DNA of 64,000 nt from the human T2T-CHM13v2.0 reference genome, Homo sapiens: NCBI RefSeq assembly GCF_009914755.1, contig NC_060933.1. The stretch is one strand, 5' to 3'. Below the pieces are notes generated by a model. It did not search any database. It was not told where the DNA came from and was given only the letters and a program-made list of their open reading frames with translations. Every line of letters begins with the position of its first letter. The stretch's first letter is position 1. This document shows positions 1 to 12,892 of this stretch, piece after piece. Made by a program: the position numbers and the translations under genes.

Positions 1-129
1 AAAATAGATGATGGAGAGGAAAATGAGAAGGATCTGCTTCCTGATCCACCCCTTTGAAAGTGAGAAAGTTGGGAGTTGACCTTGGCTCCTCCCTTCATCT
101 CACTTCACTGTGCTCCAAGACACTTCACT

Positions 130-415
130 CAACCCTTAAATACCCTCAGATCTGCTTCCTTCCAACTCCTCTACCAGCCCGACATTGTTAAGGCCACATC
201 ATGTCTTGCCCGGCTTACTGAACTTCTCAGCTTACTGAACAAGACTCCCGGCTTCCAGACTTACCAGCTCCAACCTATGCTCTCACCTGCCGCCCCTTTC
301 AGTCAAACTGGAATGTTTTTGTATTGATCTTTGCTTAAAATACATCAAGCGTTCTTCATTGCCTAGTGGATAAAAAGTCCTTAGTCTCACAGCCTTTATG
401 ATTTGTTTGGCTCCT
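130..415 (+). mobile_element. L2 LINE fragment (degenerate)
   Basis: Resembles the L2 3' region (ttgcttaaaa...cttcattgcctagtggataaaa...tccttag...gcctttatgat); boundaries approximate. Confidence 0.4.
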
Positions 416-504
416 GTCATACATGATGAAGACACTAATTATGATGACAAATATATATACATATACATGTGTACGTGTGTGCATGTGTGTGTAATTTTTG
501 TACA

Positions 505-685
505 CAGACTATGTACCAAGCATTGTGCTAGGAACTTTACGTTTATTTAATCCTCACAATGTTTCCTCATATATTTGGTATTAATCTCATTTTACAGATA
601 GGACGACTGATTCTCAGAGAGGTTAAGTCACTTGCCCAGGAATATACAGCTAGTTTAACTGGGGAAGGCCTGGATGTGAAAATTC
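505..685 (-). mobile_element. MIR SINE
   Basis: MIR core in reverse: cattttacagat...ctcagagaggttaagtcacttgcccagg...acagctagt. Confidence 0.7.
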
Positions 686-1740
686 TTTCCAGTAAATCAG
701 TGTCTTGACATGAAAGCATGTACCGCTCATCAACCTGTTCTCCACCGCCCTCCTCTATCCTAAATGGGCAGCCCTGTTGAAGAATCACAGCCAAAGCCAG
801 TCTTGCCCCCCGGGGCCAGAGGAATCCATCTGCCCCTGCCTACCAGAGCGGGAGGAACGCAGGCTCTCAATGCCTGCTTCAGCAAGGGAGGAGAGAATCG
901 CCCAGAGCTGAGCGGCGTCGTAGGGTGGTGGTCCTGACCGGTCAAGGCCCCTTCTCCTCGTGAACTGGGGGCCAGGGAGCCCTTCTCCCTGTCCCCCCGG
1001 CACCACAGCGCTGTAGAAGTGAAATCCCGGCTCCAAGGTCACCCTCTCCCGAGCCTGGAGCTGGAAAGCCACGGGGACTCCGGGGACTCCCCCAAGGCCC
1101 GGACTAGCCTGGCACCCACCCCTCACCACTAACCCACTCCGCCTGGGCGCTGGTTCTGTGCGCTCCCGCGGCGCAGTCGCTCCGCTGCAAGAGCGCTTTC
1201 GCGCGCCGCCACCGCCCAGAGCCGGGACCAAAGCAGTCCTCGGGCACCGGCTCCCCGAGGGACACACACCCCCCCGCGCCCCGAGTCGAGGGGTTGAGAG
1301 AAGGGCGGTCGGGGAGCCCCTGGGCCTGCCGTCAGTCACCCGGATTTGTAACTGGAGAAGGGTGCGGGTCCCGGAGGGACATCTCCAGCTGGCACCTAAC
1401 TCCTCGGATCCCGGACTGGGAGCCCGAGCTCGGATATTGCAACGGCTGCCCCGTGGGCAAACCGACCCTGGTTTCCGACTCCGGCCACTGGCAGCCTCGC
1501 GCCCCAGACCCTTCCCGGGCACGGAAGCGGGTCAGGTCGCCCTGCTCAGCCTCCGGAACGGCGGCGGCACAAACCCCGGCCGCTCCCAGCAGCCCCGACG
1601 AGACCCCGGGCAGCGCCTGCCGCCGGGTGGCCTCCCTCTGGGGCTGACCCCCTCGCGCCCCCGCGCGTCTGTCTGCGTTTCTGAGCCTGCTCTGACAGTG
1701 ATGTAACAAGGCCAGGCTCGCGCCGCGTCCCCTCTTTCCC

Positions 1741-2006
1741 AGACTCAGTGCTCCCTCCTCCTCCCGCGCCCCGCGCTCTGCGCGCTGAGCTGGCGCCGGG
1801 CTCCGCTTGCACAGCACCGGGACCGACGGGCACTGCTGGGAGAGCCGCTCTCCCAGGTTCCACCTCCCCGATGCAGAGTCCGTGGGGGAAACCAGGCTTT
1901 CCTCCCAGAACCAAGGGAGCGAGCCGAGGGGGCAGCTGCTGTGGGGGCTTCTGAGGAGACAGCCTGGCTTCTTTCCCTACTTCCTGGAGAGGGCAGGAAA
2001 CCTCAG
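1741..2006 (+). other. TMEM215: TMEM215 non-coding exon 1 (TSS approximate)
   Basis: Donor CAG|GTACCT at 2006/2007; acceptor tttcatctctgacAG at 2326 with branch-like TTAAC at 2298-2302; Inr-like TCAGT near 1745; exact TSS is inferred. Confidence 0.7.
1871..1954 (+). other. uORF1 (27 aa, MQSPWGKPGF...GGF) in TMEM215 exon 1
   Basis: ATG at 1871, TGA at 1952-1954, inside the inferred exon 1; weak Kozak context. Confidence 0.55.
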
Positions 2007-2040
2007 GTACCTCGTTGACCCCAGCCGGAGCGTGTTGATA

Positions 2041-2265
2041 TGAGAGAGAGACGGAGGTTGCAATAGTGAGAGGAAGAGAGGGAGGGCACAAGAAAGGGAG
2101 GGAGGGAGAGGGGACGGAGAGAAAGAGTAGAAATAGAAACAGGGAGAGATTGCAAGAGAAACGCAGAGAGAGAGATAGAGAGATTGCAAGAGAGATACAG
2201 AGACAGAGATCAAGACTGAAAGTCAAGAAGCAAGTCGGAGACAAAGGGCAAGAGAAAGACAAGAG
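2041..2265 (+). repeat. GA-rich polypurine low-complexity tract in intron 1
   Basis: Almost all A/G; gagagattgcaagaga occurs twice. Confidence 0.85.
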
Positions 2266-2372
2266 TTGATGGGTGGGAGCTTGACTTGGATTTTTTTTTA
2301 ACGCACTGTGGTTTCATCTCTGACAGAATAGAGGAACGCTGCTCCCTGGTCAGCAAGCAGCCCCCAACCTGG

Positions 2373-2381
2373 ATGGAGTGA
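2373..2381 (+). other. Minimal uORF2 (ATG GAG TGA), in frame with and 3 nt before the TMEM215 start
   Basis: ggATGGAGTGAaacATGcgg read directly. Confidence 0.7.
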
Positions 2382-2384
2382 AAC

Positions 2385-3092
2385 ATGCGGCCTGATGACA
2401 TTAACCCGAGGACTGGGCTGGTGGTGGCCCTGGTCAGTGTCTTCCTCGTCTTTGGTTTCATGTTCACCGTCTCTGGGATGAAAGGGGAGACTTTGGGAAA
2501 CATCCCCCTCCTGGCCATCGGGCCAGCCATCTGCCTACCAGGCATCGCAGCCATTGCCCTGGCCAGGAAAACCGAGGGATGCACCAAGTGGCCAGAGAAC
2601 GAGCTGCTGTGGGTCCGCAAATTGCCCTGCTTCCGGAAACCCAAAGACAAGGAGGTGGTAGAGCTGCTGAGGACCCCTTCAGACCTAGAATCCGGCAAGG
2701 GGAGCTCAGATGAGCTGGCTAAGAAGGCGGGCCTCAGGGGGAAGCCTCCCCCACAAAGCCAGGGTGAGGTGTCCGTGGCCAGCTCCATCAACAGCCCCAC
2801 ACCCACGGAGGAAGGAGAATGCCAGAGCCTCGTCCAGAATGGGCATCAGGAGGAGACGTCCAGATACCTGGACGGCTACTGCCCCTCGGGCAGTTCCCTC
2901 ACCTACAGTGCCTTGGACGTCAAGTGCTCAGCAAGGGACAGATCTGAGTGCCCTGAGCCTGAGGATAGCATCTTCTTTGTGCCCCAGGACAGTATCATCG
3001 TTTGCTCCTACAAGCAGAACAGCCCGTATGACAGATACTGTTGTTATATCAATCAGATACAAGGCAGGTGGGACCACGAGACCATCGTCTAA
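2385..3092 (+). CDS. TMEM215: Transmembrane protein 215 (235 aa, two N-terminal TM helices, single coding exon)
   Basis: ORF MRPDDINPRTGLVVALVSVFLVFGFMFTVSG...GRWDHETIV recognised as TMEM215; two hydrophobic segments; Kozak A at -3. Confidence 0.97.
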   Translation: MRPDDINPRTGLVVALVSVFLVFGFMFTVSGMKGETLGNIPLLAIGPAICLPGIAAIALARKTEGCTKWPENELLWVRKLPCFRKPKDKEVVELLRTPSDLESGKGSSDELAKKAGLRGKPPPQSQGEVSVASSINSPTPTEEGECQSLVQNGHQEETSRYLDGYCPSGSSLTYSALDVKCSARDRSECPEPEDSIFFVPQDSIIVCSYKQNSPYDRYCCYINQIQGRWDHETIV

Positions 3093-5580
3093 TCTCTGCC
3101 TACAAAGGTGGCTGGATTGATAGAATATGACTAAGCCCAGCTCCCCGTGGAAGCAAATTGCTCTGCTTGGAGAGCCTTCACACTGTTAGAAATTGACCTG
3201 GTATGTGATGGGTGTGATAACCTCTGGTACCCGAGAGTCATGTAAATAGGCATGTTGGGGACACATTTTAGGGAAGGGCGATGAGGGTTAAGGACACTGG
3301 AAGAGGCAGTGGGTAGGAAAGGAAGCTACTCCAGTTGCTTCTTAACAATTTACACAATGTTAAATGTTTTGTAAAATAACCCAAAAAGTGCTATCCAGAA
3401 CCAGCTGAGAGCAAGATAAATCTAGAGTGGGCTGCAGATGTGAGGCATCAAATGATGCATGAGCTGACCACAGGGAAACTGAGCTGCTTTATGTTTGAAT
3501 AAGTTGAAAATAAAATTAATGATCCGTTATATAAAGTAATTTTTGCCTGGTTAAAAGCTTATCACACTTGGTATTTGCTGAAAGAAAAAAAAATCAAGAT
3601 ATAAGAGTTAAACCCTCCTTAGATGGGATGGTTTTTGGGAAAAGGGTAGTTAAAGAGAGTTGGATTATGTAACTGAGTCTTGTGGCATTATTGTCTGACA
3701 AGATCATGGTCTCTAATAAAGTAAAATAAGTGTGAGCAGCTATGTGAAAAGTTAACATTTTTAGATGGCTATGTTACTTCTTAAACTCTTCGTTTAAATC
3801 CATTTATTGCATCTTTATCTGAAATGGGTTTTTTCTAAACATTTACTATCATTCATGTATTATTTCCTTACCAGGTGCAACATTATTTGAAATGATACTT
3901 TCATAGATTGGAATTTGTTTTCATCAAGACAAAATGAATTTTACATATATATCCAAGTCTTTAACATTGGCAGACATGTACTGATAATTACCATTCCTAC
4001 ATACCTTTTAAAATCTGAAAACTATAAAGTCTACACATTAGCCTTGAACATTGCACATAATTTGTATGAAATGCAATGGTTAAACCTTTGCAAGTGTCAT
4101 TATTTGTACATTTGTTCAACTCCTCTCACAGACTGTAAATGCCAGTGAAACAAGAACTCATCTACTAAATTTAACTGAAGCCTAGATTTTATTAAGCTCA
4201 CCTGATCAGTGAACATTACATGATAAAAGTCTCTTTATTTCATACATTTTTGCTGCTGAGGAAAACAACAAATCACAATGATATCCTAAAATGTGCTTTC
4301 TATTTCACTTGCTCAACTGCAATAGATAAGAAGGCTATCAAGCAGAATGCCATTTGATCCCCGGTGAAGAAAAATATGAATTATATATAGGAATGGTGAT
4401 AGAGTTCATCTTGAAGATCAGAAGTATTTTGTATCCTTCAAAGAATGATCATTTTAAGTGATCATATAGTCTTAGTCACTTTCTCCCAAAAGGGGAATTG
4501 AGGACAAAAATTTGGGCATATATGTTTTGTGTATTTCAATTCCAACTCTGCAATTCTTTCTTAAGTATAGCAATTGTTCTGTCTTAAGAATCATGGTATT
4601 TTTAAAAAATCATAATTTTCAAGTCAAGTTCAAGATCAAAAATATGTAATTATTTTAGTAGGGCTTAAATATCAGAAATGAGATGCATGATCTTGGGCAA
4701 ATTTTATCTTCTTACACCTGAGTTTCCTACTCTGTGAAGGGAGGGGGAACTGATTCACACTTGATTATTTCTATCATTCATTTTCAGTTTAAATATTCTA
4801 TGGTGTTATGTCAAAGGCATTTTATATATTGCCAGGAAATGAGTTACAGCAAAATTCATGCCAAAGTTATGAAATTTATGATAATTATGTGACATACATT
4901 GCACAGCTACTACTCAAAAAAGAATTTTGTAGATGTATGAAAGCAGATTATTCAACACAATGCATTCCTGAGAATAAAATGAACATAATCAGAGTAAAAT
5001 ATTTTTGAGGAGAAAACTTAAAATGTTGGTATAACTCAAAGTAATCTAATACACAACCTTGCACTAAATGTGATTGACATTTGGATTTGGGATGGGGAGA
5101 GATAGTTTCCTAAAATCACAGTAACTTTTAATAATTGTAATGCATTTTGAAAACAGAGAATCATATTTTTATAATGGTGAGAACTATGCAATAACTCTTT
5201 AGGAATGAAAACTTCCTTTAAGAAGTTTGCCACCGTTAGAGATGAGGAGATAGTGAGACAGAGAGATGTTCACAGAGACTCAGCAAATCTTAGACAATAA
5301 TGCTGCAATTTTCTGAAAGAAGATGCTTGCAGTGTCAGGTATGGTTTGGGGGTTGGAAAAGTTACTTTTCTGATTTCTTGGAACCATTTAAAACTCCTTT
5401 ATATCATTCTGTCTCTTTCCAAATTGAGGGTCAACTACTAGTTTAGAGATATAAGGTATTTTATCTTGTTTTCAAGTTCTACTTCAGAAGAAAACCTATT
5501 TCATGTTTCTTCTCCCATTACCTACTTAAGATACTTAAGGTATTTAAGTATGCATTTGAGGAAATATTTTCCTGTGCTAA

Positions 5581-5586
5581 AATAAA
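5581..5586 (+). terminator. TMEM215: Poly(A) signal (proximal candidate)
   Basis: AATAAA followed about 15-30 nt later by GU-rich tgttggtgtg. Confidence 0.55.
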
Positions 5587-7378
5587 GGTTTGCAAATGTT
5601 GGTGTGAGAGGTTTTAACTTTGACCAGTGAGAATAAAATGTATGATTGTGTGTGTGAATTTCTCCTAACATATTAACCAACTCCTTTCTATATGCAACAA
5701 GGTAACCTGGTGCCCCAAATCAATACTTGTAAGTACTATTCAGAGTTAAACTTCCAAAGTCAAAAAATATATATACACAAAAAAAGGGGAAAAGCCACAT
5801 TTTTTTGAACAGAGGTAGAAGAGAAAGAGAAAAAAAGTGTCTCAGCCCTTTAGAGGAAAAGAGAGCAACTCATTCTGATGAGTTACACAGTTTTAGCAAA
5901 TTGTTCTTATCAATATAATAGATATGAGGATTGTTCCTGGTAGCCTTCAAGAGCTCCTAGACAGATATAAATTTAAGTAGACATTACTTTATTTTGCTGT
6001 TAATCCAAGTAGACATTGCGACTTGATTCTGAATAGGCATTTTATTTTCAAAATTTTTCTACTGAATTTCTCTTGCTCTGTATGCCTACTTATTGTGCAC
6101 ATGGGTTGTTTTTCCAAACTGCTTCTTGATTCTTAAGTGAGAATTCAGACATGATACTCAAACGAGAGCATATTAGACATCTGTTTTAAGATTTATTTTC
6201 TGTTGCAGTCATCTTGGCAAACAAAATCCAGATACAGTTAAGTTCAGGCTCTCTTCCAAACCCTGCTAAGCAGCTGCTTTGAAAATGTTTTCAATACTAT
6301 GGATCTTAATATCCACTGAGATGACAAATGTAGGAAAGGAAGATTCATTCTGTTAAATGTTTTTTCTCTTTTGCAATGTCCAAGCTCTACTTATTTATTA
6401 ATAGCCTCCCTCTGTACCCATAACATCATTTATTTGGTGAATTCACTGTTATTAATACTAGTATTTTATCACAGTAAAGAAAAGGTTTCTGAAAACCCAC
6501 AACCTCACTATCCTAAAGCAACTACTGTGTTTCTATTTTGGTATATCATCTTCCAGGCTTCCTCCACATGCAAATGCAGCATACATATTATAATAGTGTG
6601 TTTTTCTTTTCTCTTTGAATTATATTCCATGCATGTTTCCATGTTTCTATGTAGTATTTCTAATTATCAATGAACGATTGTGTAATATGCCATTTTAGTG
6701 ATGTTCCATAATTTATCATGCCATTCCTTATTGCTGGCAAGATACTAAGTTTTATGGATGATTTTGTATGTTTTTTTCCTATTGCTGGTTACACTGCTAT
6801 ATTATTTGTTATATGCCAATAGAGAGGAACTTTACTATTGAACAGGTATCTCCTTGTGGATGAGAGAGAGGAGGCAGAATTGTGTAAATGAATGGAACTC
6901 TCCATATTGTTGTGTGGGTCTTCCCTTCACTCTTGTGGATATAAGACCCAGGGTGGGAAACAAAACGATGCTTCTTCCAAAAGATCCTCCCATCAGGACC
7001 AGAACTAGTATGTTTAGGAGTAAGATGGAACATTTCCCCAGCTAAGATACCAGTGGTGTGTTTCTCACAATTAGATTACAGTGGTGTCAGTCTTCAAGAG
7101 CATCGTGTTCAACAAGCAAAATGATAAATAGATGTAAACAATAATAATGACTTTGTAATATGCCAAAAGCATTTTCTTAAAGTACCTCATCATATATTTT
7201 ATAATAGATGTATTTCATATGTATATGTATTGTCGCCTATCAGTGACTTACAAATGAACTGGAATTTCAGGAATCTGATAGACTCTGCCCTTGAGTTTTC
7301 TGTGTTTCAGTTTCCTACTGGGAAAAACTAAACTGAGGATGGAAATGGGGACAAATGCTTGGTTTGCCCAAATATCTT

Positions 7379-7384
7379 AATAAA
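7379..7384 (+). terminator. TMEM215: Poly(A) signal (distal candidate)
   Basis: AATAAA with CA about 16 nt downstream; near the end of the repeat-free UTR-like zone. Confidence 0.5.
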
Positions 7385-7969
7385 AGACTAGATTCCATTC
7401 AACCTCTTGTCCAGTTCACATAAAATCATGTAGACACCACTGAGTCTGAGACCATGACTTTGATTTCTCATGACCTACCGCAGGGTCCTCACTCTATGGG
7501 CACCCAACCAAAAGAAATGTGTACATGATGCTGCCCAGATACACAAACAGGCAGGCACTGATGTTAGATAGCCAGTCTTTGGCAAGTTGTTCCTGGGACT
7601 GACCCTTACTAGGGATTCTTTTTTTATTTTTCCCTTTATTCCTTCCCTGACCCCAGATTACAGCCTGCAGACTTGGTATTCTCGGTGATAGTACAAAGCT
7701 TTGCATGCTTTATCCCTAATAAGGTACAGAGTTACAAAATGAACCGATTACAAAACAGTACATAAAGCTATTAAAAATCTCCTGTGCTGCTCTTTGACAA
7801 ATCTATCTTTAGAAAGTTGAACATAAAAGATAATTTTGCAATTAGTCACTTTCTTATTTTTCATGGTAATGAACTATTGTACATAAGACAACTCTTCAGT
7901 AGGAGGCCAGACCACATTTGTTTGAAAAAACTAGGCTTTTGAAAATCACCTGCCTGTATCTGAACATGA

Positions 7970-8298
<329 letters not shown>

Positions 8299-10249
8299 AT
8301 TATTTTCTATATAAGTGATTAGACCACCAGACCAACTCAGAAAGGCCCACTCTGTTCCTCTGCTTTTCCGAACTACCTCCCATCCCCTGCGGGAGCTTCT
8401 TGAATATTCCTGATTGTGCCCTGCAGCTGACCACCCTAAGGCTTTGCCCCAACCATTTTCTGTGCCTCAAATGCCCTGTCTTCACCCCTCTGCTGCGTAA
8501 GGCCCTAACGTCCTTCAAGGAGAAGCTGCCACATCTTCCACCATCTTCTGGATTTTCCGACTCAGAACTAATCCTTCTATTATTCTCTGGCCTCACAACA
8601 CCCTCCACCACTATCATCACACACATTAGTTGCATGGGTATCTGTCTCTCCAACTGTAGTGTGAGCTCCTTGAAGGCAGGGACCACATTTTATCCATCTT
8701 TCCAATCCCCTACTTCACCCCCTGACACACTCATTTATTCCATCTTGCTCAGTGAAAACTCTAAATTGCACCATTTAGGTCACCCTCAAAGCCTACTTTC
8801 TTTTTCAAGTTGAATATAGTCAGCAACAATATGGGTTAAAATTGGCTTCTGTGGGTTGGGACCCTAACTTTTATTTTAGTATATTGTTTCTTTGGGAAAA
8901 CCACGTCTTATATAACAAGAAGAAAGAAAGAAATCCTTCCAGAACATTTTCCCCTACCTCCATGATTAACCTAACTTCCACTCCATGAGTCAGAGACTGC
9001 ACCAAACACGTGATAAGAACTGGTGGTTCTAGGAGCATGTGACAACCATTGAATTCCTGACCAGAAATAAGGTGAATCAATGTACTCAGGTTAATCCTGC
9101 AAGTAGGTCAACAAAATATAATTCCTCAGCTTTGACTATTGTCCTTCTAATATGTTTTTTCACCAATAATTCTAAACAAGACCTTCAAGACCACCTGGAT
9201 ATTCTCTTGGGTCAATATTGAGGGGCTGAGGTGCAGACCCTCTCCCACCGCCCCCAGTGATGCTCCCCTTCTCCATGAAAGCTGTAAATACTCAGAGACC
9301 ATGGTTTGTAATTCAGAGAAGTCCCGGCTTGTTCTGGAACAAGAGATAGCATTGTTCAGCAATTCCTGTGAGCAGAATTTGAGGCCAGTCTTAATAACTT
9401 CTGACCCATGTAATTTTTCCTGTGAATTTTCCCAACTATCTGACTAGGTAAAAATAGGATTTAATTGGAGTAACTCTTTATCTTGACTGTGGTGAATATC
9501 AGGGTCTCTTTTAACAATAGAAAGAAAGACCTCCTTTAAGTATGTATAGGAAAGGGAGCATAGGGAAAGAATGAGCAGAATTGTGGGCATGGGGAAAAGA
9601 GCCAACAATCCCTGATTAAGCCAGTCACTTTTGCGGCATCCACCCCCTCCATCCCCCTAGCGTTACCACTTCTCTTCTCTACTTTGGAAGCAAATGCTAG
9701 AAAATGGACTAAGAGGACAAACCAAACAGAAAATGTTTTAAAAACGTGAAGAGTAAAAGGAAAATGTTAGAGAATTTTAATATATTTTTAAATGGCTGTG
9801 AAAATAAATATGTACTTAATTTAAGTGTATATTCCAATAAGGGCAATATTTAGCTAGAAATATACTGCTGGGCACAGTTAAATATAAAATAGTATCCAAT
9901 AAATAAGATCAAATGGGTTCAAAAAACTATTCAACAATAGACTAAAAAGTATAATAAAAACTATGAAGCTAAATGAATATAAAGTGAATAAGACTAGCTG
10001 AAGTATTAGAAGGATAAAGACAGTAAAGTTAAATAATTTTAAATGCATAAAGTCAGCCAAAATTTTCCACTGAAAGAAGAATGGGGTATTAAATGCAAGC
10101 AACAATACAGAGGCCAGAACTAAGACCCCAGCAATGTGTTGCAGGCTGAGGCAAGAGCAAACAAGGGACACAGGTTGTGCTCAATTCTCCTCCCAGGCGA
10201 GATCCCCTCAAAGCAGGGTGTCACCCTTCAGGTTGCAAAAATTCAAGGC

Positions 10250-11770
10250 CCAAATGATTTTTTGGATATGACACCAAAAACACAGGCAACGAATGCAAAA
10301 ATAGACAATGGGATTTCACCAAACTAAAATACTTATGCACAGAAAAGGAAACAATCTACAGAGTGAAGATAACCTAGGGAGTGGGAGAAATATTTGCAAG
10401 CCATACATCTGATAACAGGTGTATTAATCTGTTCTCACACTGCTAATAAAGACATACCCTAGATTGAGTAATTTATAAATGAAAGAGATTTAGTTGACTC
10501 ACAGTTTCACATGGCTGGGGAGGCCTCACAATCATGGAGGAAAACAAAGGAAGGGCAAAGGGGATGTCTTATATGGCAGCAGTCAAGAGAGCATGTGCAG
10601 GGGAACTCCCCTTTATAAAACCATCACATCTTGTGAGGCTTATTCACTATCATGGGAACAGCACCGGAACAACCTGCCCCCATGATTCAATTACCTCCCC
10701 ACCCCCAGGTCCATCCCACAACACATGGGTATTACTACAGTTCAAGGTGAGATTTGGGTGGGCACACAGAGCCAAACCACATAAACAGGTTAATATCCAA
10801 AATGTATCAGGAGCTCAAACAGCTCAATAGCAATAAAACAATCCAATTTTTAAATGGGCAAATGACTTGAATAGACATTTCTCCAAAGAAGACATCCAAA
10901 TGACCAACAGGTATAAAATGCTTAAAATAATTAATCATAAAAGAAATACAAATTAAAGTCACAATAAGATATCACCTCACACCTGTTAAAATGGTTATTA
11001 TCAAAAAGACAAAAGATAACAAGTGCTGGAGAGGATGTGGAGAAAAAGGAATCTTTGCACACAGTGGGTGGGAATGTAAATTAGTACAGTCATTGAGCTT
11101 CCTCAGAAAACTAAAAGTAGAATTACCATATAATCCAGCAATCCCACTACTGGATATATACACAAGCGATATGAAATCAGTATGTTGAAGTGATATCTGC
11201 ACTCCCATATTTATTGCATCACCATTCACAATAGCCAACATATGAACCTAAATCTTCACTAACAGTTGAATGGATAAAGAAAGCATTGTATATTATACAC
11301 AATGAAATATTCAGACTTTAAAAAGAAGGAAATTTTGTCATTTGTGACAATATGGATGAACCTGGAGGATGTCAACGCTAAGTGAAAAGATTCAGGCATG
11401 GTCTCATATGTGGAATCCAAAAAAGTTCAACTTATAGAAGTAGAGAGTAGAAGTGTGGTTACCAGAAGCTGGAGTAAGGGAATGAGGAGATGTTGGTGGA
11501 TAGGTACAAAGTTTCAGTTAGACAAAAGGAGTAAGTTTTCCAAATCTATTGTAAAGTGTGGTGACCATAGTTAACAATAATGTATTGTATTTTCAACATT
11601 GCTGAAAGAATAGATCTTAAGTGTTCTCACTATAAAAACATAAGCATGTGAGATGATGTATTATGTTCATTAGCTTGACATAATTATTGTACAATGTATA
11701 CAGGTACCAAACCATCACTTTCTACCCCATAAGTATATAAAACTATTATCTGTCAATTAAAAATAAAAAG
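10250..11770 (+). mobile_element. L1MA-type 3' fragment (ORF2 end + 3' UTR), interrupted by THE1 LTR
   Basis: ORF2 C-terminal remnants ([24 protein letters not shown]), L1MA-like 3' UTR and A-rich end. Confidence 0.85.
10420..10784 (-). mobile_element. THE1 solo LTR (ERVL-MaLR)
   Basis: Reverse THE1 consensus; 5-bp TSD ACAGG at 10415 and 10785. Confidence 0.92.
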
Positions 11771-11784
11771 GTAATTTAAAACAC

Positions 11785-12176
11785 ATGTCTGAATATATCC
11801 CCAAAAGTTCATGCATTGGAAACTTAATTTCTAATGCAACAGTGTTGGGAGGTAGGGCCTTTTGGGAGGTATTTAGATCATGAGGGCTCCACCTCCATGA
11901 ATAGAATAATACCATTATAAAAGGGCTTAGCAAAGGGAGTTTGGCCCTTTTTTGACCTCCCACCTTCTGCCATGTGAAGACATAGTGTTCCTTCCCTCCA
12001 GAGGATGCAACTTTCAAGGCACCATCTTGGAAGCAGAGAACAGCCCTCACTAGATACTGGTGGCTTGATCTTGGACTTTCCAGCCTCCAGAACTGTGAGA
12101 AATGAATTTCTGGTTTTTGTAAATTACCCAGTATGTGGTATTCTATTATAGCAGCACCAAAAAAAAGACAAAGACA
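11785..12176 (+). mobile_element. MST-type MaLR LTR
   Basis: ttggactttccagcctccagaactgtgagaaatgaatttc...aaattacccagt...atagcagca. Confidence 0.8.
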
Positions 12177-12733
12177 GGAACTGAGTGTACAGTATTCCAT
12201 GGGGCTTTTCTGAAGACTAGCATTCAAATAACTATACTTTGTGAAGTCTTCCCCCAATTCCCAAATCTAGAAGCATCAATCAGAGAAGTCAAATTTCCAG
12301 AAGTCAGAAAGATTGAAGTATCAAAAGAAAGAAGAAAAAGTTACGTAACCCCCAGAATTACCCTTATTTTCTTGGCCCTCGTCATTCACTGCATAGCAAT
12401 CTCTCAATAAACCCCTCTTCCCTCAGCAGGGAGACTTGAATGATCAGAAAAAATATATATCTGCTGGACATATTTTGCTTCCAGATGTTAGATTTTGAGG
12501 TTCCCAACTTTACCCAACAATAGTTGCTAGGTCCTGCCTTCACTCTAGGTACAAAAATTGGTATGGACTTTTTATAAGAGTTCTAAGAAGGTTTATAATG
12601 CATATTTAATATCTCAAGGAACCAGCAACCCATTGGAAAACATAACCCTTGCCTTCCCTAGTCCTACCCTACAAGACCTTGAATGAGCATTCTTAGCCCT
12701 ACCCAAGGCCTAAGCAAATATCATTAAGGTAGG

Positions 12734-12870
12734 CCAGTAGTTCTCAAGCCCTAGCATACATCAGAATCACCTGTAGGGCTTGTTGGAATACAGAATGCTG
12801 GGGCCATCTCCAGAATTTCCATTTCTAAAAAAATTATCAGGTTATACCAATGATATGGGTCCCAAGTCTC
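12734..12870. mobile_element. MER5A-like hAT DNA transposon fragment
   Basis: cagtagttctcaag...catcagaatcacctg...cagaatgctgggcc. Confidence 0.55.
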
Positions 12871-12892
12871 CTTCAATTGGTGCATGTGTACT

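Larger units (their letters stand above)
900..2060. promoter_or_regulatory. TMEM215: CpG island / TMEM215 promoter
   Basis: GC-rich with dense CpG (gcgcgccgcc, cgcgccccccgcgcg) against AT-rich, CpG-poor flanks; lies directly upstream of the CDS. Confidence 0.9.
3093..7402 (+). other. TMEM215: TMEM215 3' UTR with several AATAAA signals
   Basis: AT-rich, no obvious interspersed repeats; AATAAA at 3509, 3715, 4973, 5581, 5632, 7379; Pumilio element TGTAAATA at 3241; distal end inferred. Confidence 0.65.

Noticed and set aside
1597-1617. REST/RE1 site in the TMEM215 promoter
   Set aside because: Only the right half (CGGGCAGCGCC) matches, and such matches are common in GC-rich DNA.
785-2262. Long overlapping ORFs (160-245 aa) around the promoter
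   Set aside because: Expected from stop-poor GC-rich and GA-repeat DNA; compositionally biased, with no recognisable domain.
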